DNA of 32,000 nucleotides from Acaryochloris thomasi RCC1774 (GTDB lineage: Bacteria; Cyanobacteriota; Cyanobacteriia; Thermosynechococcales; Thermosynechococcaceae). Shown piece by piece: positions 17,905 to 26,653 of the stretch. Below the pieces are notes generated by a model. That model had not been told where the DNA came from. It worked only from the letters and a program-made list of their open reading frames with translations, and did no database searches. The translations under genes and the position numbers were made by a program. The DNA lies in assembly GCF_003231495.1 (NCBI RefSeq), contig NZ_PQWO01000001.1, positions 420,001 through 452,000 of the forward strand. Reading direction: 5' to 3'. Within the stretch, counting starts at the first letter, position 1. Each line of letters opens with the position of its first letter.

Positions 17905-18192
17905 TTACTCTGACAGCTCTAGCTCGTTAGAGAACTCATCATCGTAGTCATCGTCGCCATAATCGATGACGGGATCAATGAGTACGGCCTGTTGTGCCTC
18001 GTAGAGCGATAGCCACTTTCCAGGCTCTCGTACTCTAACCGGTGGCTCTTCATACCGTGCAAAAAACCACGGTGGAGAGGTTGGCTGGGTGAGGACTGCT
18101 TTGACTCGATAGGGATCAAGATCGGGATAGTCAGTATCTCGCTCAACCGTGAGCCAAACTTTTTGTCCAATTAATTCATCTGGAGAGAGCAT
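17905..18192 (-). CDS. Hypothetical protein, 95 aa, with an acidic C-terminal tail
   Basis: ATG preceded by GAGGTG at about -6. It has a globular-looking N-terminal part and a tail DYGDDDYDDEFSNELELSE. It is on the same strand as ccmK3 and upstream of it. Confidence 0.55.
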   Translation of the reverse strand: MLSPDELIGQKVWLTVERDTDYPDLDPYRVKAVLTQPTSPPWFFARYEEPPVRVREPGKWLSLYEAQQAVLIDPVIDYGDDDYDDEFSNELELSE

Positions 18193-18561
18193 CGTTGCAC
18201 CTCACTTACTCGCGCTTCCAATGTCAGAGTTCCTCCTTACTTAGAGGTAAGTATAGCCTTTTGTGAGCGGGTCTAGCAGCTATAGAAGGAGAGTCTGTAT
18301 CTTTTATAGCATTCTCAAGCTCTGAGATAACGGTGTGATCCCCGATTGTAAAATACGGTATTTACGGTTCACAAGACTGCTTCTTAAATCCAGATTTACG
18401 GGTAACGGCCTCGTCTTTAAGACACAGTAAGATGCTTGGCCGGTCGTTGATCTCAGCTTCTGAATAGGTTGTGTCGTCTATTTAATTCACCTATGTTCTC
18501 TGAAAAGTGAGCTCAGATGTTGTATCCATAAAAGAAGAAAACCTTGCGTAAGGAACGCGCT

Positions 18562-19449
18562 GTGACTGCTACTTTTACCCCTTCTCCATCCTCAAAACAG
18601 ACCTACTGGACTTGGCGAGATTGGCGCATCCATTATGTGCAAAAAGGACAAAAGGGACCTTGCTTATTGTTAGTTCATGGCTTTGGTGCTTCTACCGATC
18701 ACTGGCGCAAAAATATTGAGATTCTATCGCAAAGTTATCGAGTATGGGCCATTGATTTGTTGGGGTTTGGACGATCGCAAAAACCCAACACAATTTACAC
18801 GGGTGAACTATGGCGTGACCAGTTCAAGGCTTTTTGTGAAGAGGTGATTCAAGAGCCAGTTTTTATTGCTGGCAATTCACTGGGTGGCTATGCTTCGCTT
18901 TGCTTTGCGGTGGACTGTCCTGAATGGGTGCGGGGCGTAATTTTGCTCAACTGTGCCGGTCGATTTACCGCTCCTGAACGACCACAGCCTGTTTGGAAGC
19001 AGCGGATGGGAAATGCTCGGCAGCGAGTTCTGCGCTCGGGGCTTGTGATTGATACGATGAGCTTGTTTCTGTTTTTTAATGCCAGACGGCGATCTCAAAT
19101 CCGTAAAGTCCTGCAGCAGGTTTATAAGGATAAAGCCGCTATCACAGATCAGCTTGTTGAAGATATTCGCAGACCGTCTTTAGATAAGGGAGCGCTGCAG
19201 GTTTTCTCCGCTGTTTTTAAATCGCCTCCGGGTCGCACGCTTGATATCTTGCTTCAAGACTTAGAGCGTCCTCTCTTTTTACTGTGGGGTGCTGCTGATC
19301 CTTGGATGACGTCTGCGAAGACAGACACTTTTCGGGAGTTTTACCCAGCCGCAGCGTTAGAGCTACTGGATGCTGGCCACTGTCCCCATGACGAACGGCC
19401 AGAACTGGTCAATGCGGCCATTGACCAATGGATCACTCAGCAGTGCTAA
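18562..19449 (+). CDS. Alpha/beta-hydrolase fold protein (resembles the plant/cyanobacterial CLD1/pheophytinase-type group)
   Basis: Contains LLLVHGFGASTDHWRKNIEILSQSYRVWAIDLLGFGRSQKP, the nucleophile elbow GNSLGG and a C-terminal GHCPHDE. The track start is TTG 18544; I prefer GTG 18562, which has AAGGAA 7 nt upstream. Confidence 0.85.
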   Translation: MTATFTPSPSSKQTYWTWRDWRIHYVQKGQKGPCLLLVHGFGASTDHWRKNIEILSQSYRVWAIDLLGFGRSQKPNTIYTGELWRDQFKAFCEEVIQEPVFIAGNSLGGYASLCFAVDCPEWVRGVILLNCAGRFTAPERPQPVWKQRMGNARQRVLRSGLVIDTMSLFLFFNARRRSQIRKVLQQVYKDKAAITDQLVEDIRRPSLDKGALQVFSAVFKSPPGRTLDILLQDLERPLFLLWGAADPWMTSAKTDTFREFYPAAALELLDAGHCPHDERPELVNAAIDQWITQQC

Positions 19450-20392
19450 GGGTCTTAATCAGATCGCTGTAGGCTTGAAAAAACTGATATTCAGCCAGGG
19501 GCTGATCGTCATTCCAGGTGGCGGAAACACAGTACTGGTGGCCGCTATCTGAGGTCAATGCCGCAGTTAGGTTGAGAACACCCGGTTCCGAGCCGCCTTT
19601 GAAGGCGACCTGCTGCCAGGAGGCCGAGTCGATGATACCTGTGTTGATCTGCATGAGCGGAAGATCAGCGACCTGCTCCATATATCCACATAGCTCCCGC
19701 GTACTGAAAAACCATTCGATGTCCTTTGCAAGGGGCACTGTATCCACTAGCTCAACCCCAGGGAGCGGAGCTTGATCGATCTCAGGCAGCAGGTCCATAT
19801 GATCCTCCGACTGGCGATAGGTTGCCAGCAAAGCCTGATTGTCAGGGTTTTTAAGCGTGAAGGCTTGGCGAGTAGTCAGCAGTGGCTCATGCTCGCGCTG
19901 CAGCGTAGCCGGTCCTAGAAGCTGTATTAGGGCATCGGCGGCGGTGTTGTCACTGATTGAAATCATTAGCGTTGCAAGTGTCTGTAACGTCATGGGCGTC
20001 TGATCGGGCCACGCCTGCAGAATACCGCTGGGTAAGCTTTTAGCTTGGGGTGAGAGGTAAAGTACTTCATCCCAGTTGTGAGTGCCTGCATTTATTTGCG
20101 CTTGCAAGGCGGCTAATACTGAGAGCTTAAAGGTCGAGGCAACGGCGAGTGAAGAGTCTGCATTGAGCTGTGCAATTGTCTCCGGTTCGTCTGTCTCTGA
20201 AGCGGCTGCATCTTGTGGATGACCTGAAGGTCGGTTATCGGAGAGCACAATTTCCTTTCTCAAAACCAGAATGCTGACCTGACCTTCCAGACGGGTAAAG
20301 GGCTGCAGCAAATGGTCGGACCTATCTTGGGCAGAGGCCGGAGCCATCATCAACCCCACAAGCAGTACAGAGAGAATCAGCAGTCTAACCAT
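19433..20392 (-). CDS. Secreted class-A beta-lactamase-like serine hydrolase
   Basis: Signal peptide MVRLLILSVLLVGLMMAPASA. It has an SxxK motif (ASTFK), an SDN motif (SISDN) and a KTG-like motif (FKGGSEPG). Confidence 0.75.
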   Translation of the reverse strand: MVRLLILSVLLVGLMMAPASAQDRSDHLLQPFTRLEGQVSILVLRKEIVLSDNRPSGHPQDAAASETDEPETIAQLNADSSLAVASTFKLSVLAALQAQINAGTHNWDEVLYLSPQAKSLPSGILQAWPDQTPMTLQTLATLMISISDNTAADALIQLLGPATLQREHEPLLTTRQAFTLKNPDNQALLATYRQSEDHMDLLPEIDQAPLPGVELVDTVPLAKDIEWFFSTRELCGYMEQVADLPLMQINTGIIDSASWQQVAFKGGSEPGVLNLTAALTSDSGHQYCVSATWNDDQPLAEYQFFQAYSDLIKTLSTAE

Positions 20393-20459
20393 GTTTGCGC
20401 GATACTTGCTACGGAGACTCTCATGATATTACGGGCAATTTCCAAGCGAGTAACCCTCA

Positions 20460-21200
20460 ATGACCCAGCAAACGCCGATTATTGTTGCCGAAGATATTCA
20501 CAAGTGGTACGGCAAGTTCCACGCTTTGCGGGGGGTGAGCTTGGCGGTGGAACGTCAAGAGGTGGTGGTGCTGATGGGGCCGTCTGGCTCGGGGAAGTCC
20601 ACTTTTATTCGGACTCTCAATGCTTTGGAGGACTATCAGCAAGGGCGCATTGAGGTTGATGGCATTGAACTGTCGGCTGACTTACGCAATGTAGACGCGA
20701 TTCGTCGTGAAGTGGGGATGGTATTCCAGCAGTTTAATTTGTTTCCTCATTTGACGGTGCTGCAGAATATTACGCTGGCTCCGATTTGGGTCCGCAAGTT
20801 TCCTCGCGCTCAGGCTGAAGAGATGGCCATGCAGCTTTTAGAGCGGGTGGGGATTCTAGAGCAGGCGAAAAAATTCCCCGGACAGCTTTCGGGGGGGCAG
20901 CAGCAGAGAGTTGCGATCGCACGTGCCTTAGCCATGCAGCCCAAAATCATGCTTTTTGACGAACCGACCTCTGCTCTGGACCCCGAAATGATCAAAGAAG
21001 TCTTAGACGTGATGCGTTCTCTCGCTGAATCAGGCATGACTATGGTGGTCGTCACTCACGAAGTTGGCTTTGCCCGCGAGGTGGCAAATCGCATCATTTT
21101 GATGGACCAGGGTGAAATTGTGGAAATTGCCGAACCTCAGACCTTTTTCAATCACCCACAGGCCGAGCGTAGCCAGCAATTTCTCTCCCAGATTCTGTAG
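20460..21200 (+). CDS. Polar amino-acid ABC transporter ATP-binding protein (GlnQ/BgtA-like)
   Basis: 246 aa. Walker A is GPSGSGKST, the signature is [15 protein letters not shown] and Walker B is [12 protein letters not shown]. The C-terminal [14 protein letters not shown] is typical of the PAAT family. Confidence 0.9.
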   Translation: MTQQTPIIVAEDIHKWYGKFHALRGVSLAVERQEVVVLMGPSGSGKSTFIRTLNALEDYQQGRIEVDGIELSADLRNVDAIRREVGMVFQQFNLFPHLTVLQNITLAPIWVRKFPRAQAEEMAMQLLERVGILEQAKKFPGQLSGGQQQRVAIARALAMQPKIMLFDEPTSALDPEMIKEVLDVMRSLAESGMTMVVVTHEVGFAREVANRIILMDQGEIVEIAEPQTFFNHPQAERSQQFLSQIL

Positions 21201-22340
21201 CTAACGAGTGCTGACCGGCAAACCAGACGGCTGGGTCAAGTAATTAACCAAATGAATGAATGCTTTGGACTGAAACGACTGTTCCAGGCAATCCGTAGCG
21301 CCGGAGAGGCGGGCCAGGGATCGATCTAGACTGTGGGACGGATTTGAAAAAATGACAATGGGCGTTTCTTTGAGACTGGGCATCTGGCGAAGCGCCCGGC
21401 AGAATTCATACCCATCTATCTGGGGCAAATTGACGTTAACCAAAATCAAATCTGCTGGGTGATCAGCTAACCACTCTAAAGCCTGTTTGGGTTCTGAGAT
21501 GCCCAAAACATCATGATTGAGAACTCTCAAAGCCTCTTGAACCTGCGCCTGTGCAGTTTTATCGGCATCAATACAAACTACTGTCGGGGCTGCAGTAGCC
21601 TGTGGCTGATGTTGATAAGGATTGAGGCCCAAAAGGCCCTTCTGCACGAAAGGACTCAACAACTTGGCCGCATCCGTCAGGCTCATATCCAGGTGAGGAG
21701 CAATTTGGTAGAGGCAGAGGTTTTGACTTAGCGTATGTTTGAGACGATGAAATACCTCTAAGGAGTGAGTCTCAGCCACCGCCATCGCTAAGTGGTGCGA
21801 GTCATGGATGTAAGGCCGCTGAAACGGCGTGCCCAGATGTGTCCACAGGTCTTTCCATTGCGTCATCAGCGTGCGAATGGGCAGGATTGCTCGCTCAAAC
21901 GGCATTGAGATCAACAGGGGATCGAGCTTGACTAAGTTCTCAAACTTAACTTGGGTGATCGGCAAAGCCAGTACCTGAACCAAAGCTTCTTGGGTCAAAT
22001 AGAGCAGCAACTGCCGTAGCTGGGTCACTGAGATCTGTCCTGACTGCCAGCAATAGCACAGAAATTCATAATCGGAAGGAAAGCGCGTCAAATCCGCTAG
22101 GTTCAAGCCCAGACGCGATCGATTCAGGGCATAGCTGAGGCGTTCGCGATGGCCGACTGTACTATGGGCAAAGTGAACATCCCCGCGACTGAGATAAACG
22201 CGCCAGAAAATCGCTGGGTTATTAGGATCCTGAGCGATTAATCGCCCCGAAATATTGAGGGGGAGAACCCGTCGCAGTGCTCCGGCTGGAGCAGTCTCAA
22301 CATTTGTTCCTAGAGTCTGATGGGTTGGGTTAGGCAACAT
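21201..22340 (-). CDS. PatA-type protein: N-terminal PATAN-like domain plus a degenerate C-terminal receiver
   Basis: 379 aa. The N-terminal roughly 250 aa resemble PATAN/DUF4388 regions (GRLIAQDPNNPAIFWRVYLSRGDVHFA). The C-terminal CheY-like fold (VVCIDADKT ... DLILVNVNLPQIDGYEF ... IVIFS) has Asn at the phospho-acceptor position. Confidence 0.7.
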   Translation of the reverse strand: MLPNPTHQTLGTNVETAPAGALRRVLPLNISGRLIAQDPNNPAIFWRVYLSRGDVHFAHSTVGHRERLSYALNRSRLGLNLADLTRFPSDYEFLCYCWQSGQISVTQLRQLLLYLTQEALVQVLALPITQVKFENLVKLDPLLISMPFERAILPIRTLMTQWKDLWTHLGTPFQRPYIHDSHHLAMAVAETHSLEVFHRLKHTLSQNLCLYQIAPHLDMSLTDAAKLLSPFVQKGLLGLNPYQHQPQATAAPTVVCIDADKTAQAQVQEALRVLNHDVLGISEPKQALEWLADHPADLILVNVNLPQIDGYEFCRALRQMPSLKETPIVIFSNPSHSLDRSLARLSGATDCLEQSFQSKAFIHLVNYLTQPSGLPVSTR

Positions 22341-22587
22341 TAGTGGGATCGTAACCTGGCCGTTGAGGATTTCAGAAGCGTGACAAACCTAAGTAAAGGA
22401 TTGTCTGAACCGATACAGCTTATTCAGAAGGCTCATTGTAAGGTTGCCCCTCAGTGCAGGCGTTTTCATCATCGCTCGCAAAACAAGTCAAAACTTTACG
22501 ACCTATGCCGTCGGAATATTGCTGACCGAGAAGGTCAATTATCTGAGCTAGGCGTACAATAGGCTGGAAGTTTCCAGGCTGAGTACG

Positions 22588-23763
22588 GTGGCAAACGTTG
22601 TCTTAGAGGATATTTACAAAAGTTTTCCAGCTCGGAACAGGAAGCAGAAAACAGCAGAGCCATCAGCGACCGTTGAGAATACGCCTCAAGGTGATGATGC
22701 TCAGGCCACCAACGTTCTGCGTCGTATCAACCTGACTGTGGCCGACAGCGAATTCATGGTGCTGGTGGGTCCGTCAGGCTGTGGCAAGAGTACTTTGTTG
22801 CGCCTGATTGCGGGGCTAGAGGACGTGACTGCAGGGAATATCTGGGTAGGAGATCGCAAGATCAATGCGCTTCCGCCCAAGGACCGCGACATTGCAATGG
22901 TGTTTCAAAGCTATGCCCTTTATCCACATATGTCAGTCTATAAAAACCTTGCCTTTGGGCTGCGCCGGACTCGCTTTAAACGCACCAAAAACGTAGACCG
23001 TAAAGTGAGAGAAGTTGCCGAAAGCCTCCAGATCGAAGCACTCCTCGATCGCAAGCCCAAGCAGCTTTCGGGCGGACAAAAGCAGCGCGTGGCCCTGGGA
23101 CGGGCGATGGCTCGGGATCCGCAGGTTTTCCTGATGGACGAACCGCTCTCCAACTTGGACGCCAAGCTGCGGGCCCAAACCCGCGCCCAGATCGTGAAGC
23201 TGCAGCGCCAGCTACAGACCACCACTATTTATGTGACCCACGACCAAACAGAAGCAATGACGATGGGAGACCGCATCGCCGTGATGGACGGTGGTGTTAT
23301 TCAGCAGATTGCGCCACCCCTAGAGCTATATCGCTCACCTGCCAATCGGTTTGTTGCTGGGTTTATTGGCTCACCCCCCATGAACTTTCTGCCTGTTCAG
23401 GTGAGTGGCCCGCTCTTGCTGCAGCACCCTCTGTTTCAGCTCACGCTACCAGAAGTTTGGGGTAAAGTGCTGCAGCCCTATCAGAATCAGTCGTTAACGT
23501 TGGGCATTCGCCCCGAACACTTGAATATAGTCCCCAACGCGGGAGGAATTCCTTTACAGGTGGAACTGGTCGAAGCGCTGGGCGCTGAGACTTACCTGTC
23601 CTGTGTTTTAGAAGGTGATGTTCAGAAAAATGAGGCACTGTTTCAGGCCCGAATTGCACCCGATCAGCAGGTGCAGGCAGGGGATACTCTATTTCTTGCC
23701 CCCCAGCTTGATAACATTCACCTGTTTGATTCCGATTCTGGAGTAGCTCTGGCCCTGCAGTAG
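22588..23763 (+). CDS. Sugar-type ABC transporter ATP-binding protein (MalK/UgpC-like)
   Basis: 391 aa with a GTG start (MANVVLEDIYKSF). Walker A is GPSGCGKST, the signature is LSGGQKQRVALGRA and Walker B is FLMDEPLSNLD. It has a C-terminal MalK-like regulatory domain and a roughly 25-aa insert before Walker A. Confidence 0.9.
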   Translation: MANVVLEDIYKSFPARNRKQKTAEPSATVENTPQGDDAQATNVLRRINLTVADSEFMVLVGPSGCGKSTLLRLIAGLEDVTAGNIWVGDRKINALPPKDRDIAMVFQSYALYPHMSVYKNLAFGLRRTRFKRTKNVDRKVREVAESLQIEALLDRKPKQLSGGQKQRVALGRAMARDPQVFLMDEPLSNLDAKLRAQTRAQIVKLQRQLQTTTIYVTHDQTEAMTMGDRIAVMDGGVIQQIAPPLELYRSPANRFVAGFIGSPPMNFLPVQVSGPLLLQHPLFQLTLPEVWGKVLQPYQNQSLTLGIRPEHLNIVPNAGGIPLQVELVEALGAETYLSCVLEGDVQKNEALFQARIAPDQQVQAGDTLFLAPQLDNIHLFDSDSGVALALQ

Positions 23764-23766
23764 TCT

Positions 23767-24870
23767 CTAGCGACCGGCACCGACGGGCTGACCATTCACT
23801 GAGGCTTCTTCCGCTTCATCAACAAGGCCGAAAACCTGATTGAAGACCTTTGAGACTTTGTAGCCAGAATCAATCGACTCCAACGGATCCTTGCGGAGTC
23901 GGTGGCGCAGACATAACGTAATCACGCGCTTGATGTCATCTACGGTGACTTCGGTGCGTCCTTCGAGAGCTGCAATTGCTTTCGCTGCCCGATTCGTGAC
24001 AATATCGCCCCGCAGGCCGTCTACGTCTAGCTCAGAGCAAACCTGAGAAATCTGTACCCGCAAATCGTGATCAATTTTGACTTGGGGCAAAAGATTCTGG
24101 GCTTTGATCAGTTCCTGCTGCTGGGCTGCCTGATCGGATTGGTGACCGTCGAGGAAGCCGTGGGGATCTTGATCGAATTGCGAGCGCTGTTCCACAATTT
24201 CTACGCGCAGGGCCGGTTCCTTCACGGTACGGATTTCGGCATGCATCCCAAAGCGGTCTAAAAGCTGGGGTCGGAGTTCTCCCTCTTCAGGGTTGCCTGA
24301 ACCAACCAGTACAAAACGTGCCGGGTGACGAATGGAAATTCCTTCCCGTTCTACAGTGTTCCAGCCAGAAGCCGCAGAGTCTAAAAGAACATCCACAAGG
24401 TGATCGTCGAGCAGGTTGACTTCATCGACGTATAAGATGCCGCGATTAGCTTTGGCCAACAGCCCCGGTTCGAAGGCTTTAACACCTTCTGAAAGCGCCT
24501 TCTCAATATCAATGGTGCCGCAAACCCGATCTTCCGTCGCTCCTAGGGGCAGGTCCACCATCGGTACCTGCATGGTCGACATTTCAATAGACTCGCCAGC
24601 CGCAACGGCGGTCTTAACTTCATCGCTCATCAACTCTGGATCGCTGGGGTCGCTGTTGAAGGGGTCGCCTGCGACGACGCTCACTTCAGGCAGCAGATCG
24701 GCAAGGGCACGAATGGTTGTTGATTTCCCGGTGCCGCGATCGCCCATAATCATGACGCCCCCAATTCTGGGGTCGATGACGTTTAAAAGAAGGGCCAACT
24801 TCATTTCGTCTTGGCCTACAATTGCCGTGAAGGGATAGACCGCGCGAGCGGTGGTTGCAATAGAGCTCAC
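23767..24870 (-). CDS. chlI: Magnesium chelatase ATPase subunit I
   Basis: 367 aa. [51 protein letters not shown] and [21 protein letters not shown] are hallmark ChlI sequences. GTG start. Confidence 0.95.
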   Translation of the reverse strand: MSSIATTARAVYPFTAIVGQDEMKLALLLNVIDPRIGGVMIMGDRGTGKSTTIRALADLLPEVSVVAGDPFNSDPSDPELMSDEVKTAVAAGESIEMSTMQVPMVDLPLGATEDRVCGTIDIEKALSEGVKAFEPGLLAKANRGILYVDEVNLLDDHLVDVLLDSAASGWNTVEREGISIRHPARFVLVGSGNPEEGELRPQLLDRFGMHAEIRTVKEPALRVEIVEQRSQFDQDPHGFLDGHQSDQAAQQQELIKAQNLLPQVKIDHDLRVQISQVCSELDVDGLRGDIVTNRAAKAIAALEGRTEVTVDDIKRVITLCLRHRLRKDPLESIDSGYKVSKVFNQVFGLVDEAEEASVNGQPVGAGR

Positions 24871-24945
24871 AAAATTACCTGACAGGTCGAATTACCGAGT
24901 GATTTCCATTGTGCCATATGAGCGGTTCCCCACAGAGATCCGCTT

Positions 24946-25584
24946 TTAAGCGTCAGTGTTTAATGAGGCAAACGGATTGCGAAAGAGTTGAATTTGCCGT
25001 GGCGGCCAAAAGCGAAAATTTGCCCGTCCAATGAGGTTCTCTTGCGGCACAAATCCCCAAATGTGTGAGTCATTGCTGTTGTTGCGGTTATCTCCCATAA
25101 CAAACAGCCTGTCCTCAGGCACTGTGACTGGGGGCATCTCATAGGCTGGGGGTTCGGCAATATAGGTTTCAGAGATGGGGCGCTGATCAACGTAGACTTG
25201 GCCGTCATGGACCGCGACCACTTGCCCTGCCGTGGCGACAACGCGCTTGATGAAGGCTTGCGCGGGGTCATACCCAATGGCCTGCAGCGCCAGGGGAGGG
25301 TGAAAAACGACGATGTCTCCATCCACGGGTGGGTGGAGTCGGTAGGATACTTTCTCGATGACGAGCCGGTCCCCTGGCACAAGTGTTGGCACCATTGACT
25401 CTGAGGGGATATAGCGAGATTCGGCGATAAAGAGACGCACAAATAGCGCTAGGAACAAGGCGAAGGTGACGGTGAGTAAGTTGCCTTTTTGCGAAGGCCA
25501 AAGGCCGGTTTTCAACCAACGCAACATCCGTCGCCAGCGCGGCACGGTATCTGAATCAGGAGTGGGCACAGGCTCTGGGGTCAT
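24946..25584 (-). CDS. lepB: Signal peptidase I
   Basis: 212 aa with a TM anchor, the catalytic Ser box IPSESMVPTL, the Lys box KRVVATAGQ and GDNRNNSNDSH. Confidence 0.9.
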   Translation of the reverse strand: MTPEPVPTPDSDTVPRWRRMLRWLKTGLWPSQKGNLLTVTFALFLALFVRLFIAESRYIPSESMVPTLVPGDRLVIEKVSYRLHPPVDGDIVVFHPPLALQAIGYDPAQAFIKRVVATAGQVVAVHDGQVYVDQRPISETYIAEPPAYEMPPVTVPEDRLFVMGDNRNNSNDSHIWGFVPQENLIGRANFRFWPPRQIQLFRNPFASLNTDA

Positions 25585-25633
25585 ACTGGATCGAAGAAAC
25601 GCTAAACCACAGAATACCGTGTCACCTCCCCCG

Positions 25634-26602
25634 CTAGTGCAGACGCTTCAGTGTATAGTCCGTCACTTCTACTAGAGCTTGGCGCGACTCTGAAGCAGGC
25701 ACCTCAGTCAAATGCTCTCGTGCTTGCTGAGCATACTGCTCAGCAAGCTGCCGAGATCGCTCTATACCTTTGCTGTTGTGGATGAGCATCAATGCCTCTT
25801 CCAGATCACCGGACTCTTGGAGCTGACGCTCAATCAGCACCTTCAGATAGGGCGTCTCTTCCATTGCGAACAGGACCGGAGCCGTCAGATTGCCGCTCTT
25901 TAAGTCCGAACCCGCAGGTTTGCCTAAATCATCAGTAGACCCCGTGAAATCTAAAATGTCGTCTACAATCTGAAACGCGAGCCCCACACAGCGACCGTAG
26001 CAATAAAGCTCTTGATTAAGCTGTGGCGAGGCACCGCTCAACACTCCTGTTGCTTTGGCGCTATTTGCCATCAGTGAAGCCGTCTTATAGTAAGACTTCT
26101 CCAAATAGGTCTCTAGAGATTGATGGGTATCGAAGCAGTTGAGCCCCTGCTGAATTTCGCCCTCTGCAAAATCTTTGATGACTTCAGAAAGCAGCTTGAC
26201 AACTTCTAGATTGTCGAGGTTTGCTAGGTACCAAGAAGCCTGAGCAAACAAAAAATCGCCCGCCTGAATAGCGATGCGATTGCCGAACAGACTATGGACC
26301 GTTGGCACCCCACGCCGGACATCAGAAGAATCAACGACATCGTCGTGCAAGAGGCTGGCCGTATGAATCATCTCTGTAATTTCTGCTAGCCGTCGGTGGC
26401 GCGCTGTTGGCTCTTGCTGTTCCAACGCCCGAGACAAGAGCAGAACAATTGCTGGGCGGACCCGCTTTCCCCCAGCTTGAAACAGGTGTTCTGCAGCCGC
26501 ATAGAGAACGGGATGACGGGCACTAACAAGATTTTTGAGATTCTCAACTAGCACCACCAGATCCGCGTCAACTGGGGCAAAAAGGGATGTTACTGAGGTC
26601 AT
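25634..26602 (-). CDS. sds: Solanesyl (all-trans-nonaprenyl) diphosphate synthase, plastoquinone side chain
   Basis: 322 aa trans-prenyltransferase. The first DDxxD is LLHDDVVD and the second is QIVDDILD. Overall similarity is to cyanobacterial Sds as I recall it. Confidence 0.85.
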   Translation of the reverse strand: MTSVTSLFAPVDADLVVLVENLKNLVSARHPVLYAAAEHLFQAGGKRVRPAIVLLLSRALEQQEPTARHRRLAEITEMIHTASLLHDDVVDSSDVRRGVPTVHSLFGNRIAIQAGDFLFAQASWYLANLDNLEVVKLLSEVIKDFAEGEIQQGLNCFDTHQSLETYLEKSYYKTASLMANSAKATGVLSGASPQLNQELYCYGRCVGLAFQIVDDILDFTGSTDDLGKPAGSDLKSGNLTAPVLFAMEETPYLKVLIERQLQESGDLEEALMLIHNSKGIERSRQLAEQYAQQAREHLTEVPASESRQALVEVTDYTLKRLH

Positions 26603-26635
26603 GATTTATCTATCTCTGCCAACATGGAGACGATG

Positions 26636-26653
26636 ATTACAAAATTTTACATA
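26636..26653 (+). promoter_or_regulatory. HLR1-like direct repeat, a candidate RpaB-type binding site
   Basis: ATTACAAA-AT-TTTACATA is two TTACA(A/T)(A/T) octamers spaced by 2 nt (10-nt period). This matches the published HLR1 consensus (G/T)TTACA(T/A)(T/A)nn(G/T)TTACA(T/A)(T/A) except at the first base. A third, inverted TTACA lies at 26666-26670. Confidence 0.35.

Noticed and set aside
17634-17930. A 98-aa + strand ORF lies in the ccmK3 upstream region.
   Set aside because: It has a GTG start with no evident SD and an unremarkable sequence. It overlaps both minus-strand small ORFs. I have no basis to prefer it, so it is left uncalled.
18348-18361. GTA-N8-TAT (GTAAAATACGGTAT) resembles an NtcA site.
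   Set aside because: The last base deviates from GTA-N8-TAC. I found no properly spaced TAN3T -10 box about 22 nt away in either direction.
24758-24772. CCCCCAATTCTGGGG inside chlI resembles the core of the 31-nt repeat (CCCCCCAATTCTGGGGGG).
   Set aside because: It encodes the universally conserved ChlI motif DPRIGG on the minus strand and lacks the flanking GG-C7 and AGAG parts. It is most likely a coincidence of codon choice, not an element copy.
24416-25442. Long alternative-frame ORFs overlap chlI (24416-24838, + strand) and lepB (24960-25442, - strand).
   Set aside because: These are shadow ORFs. The annotated frames carry unmistakable ChlI and signal-peptidase motifs, while the alternatives are compositionally biased and motif-free.
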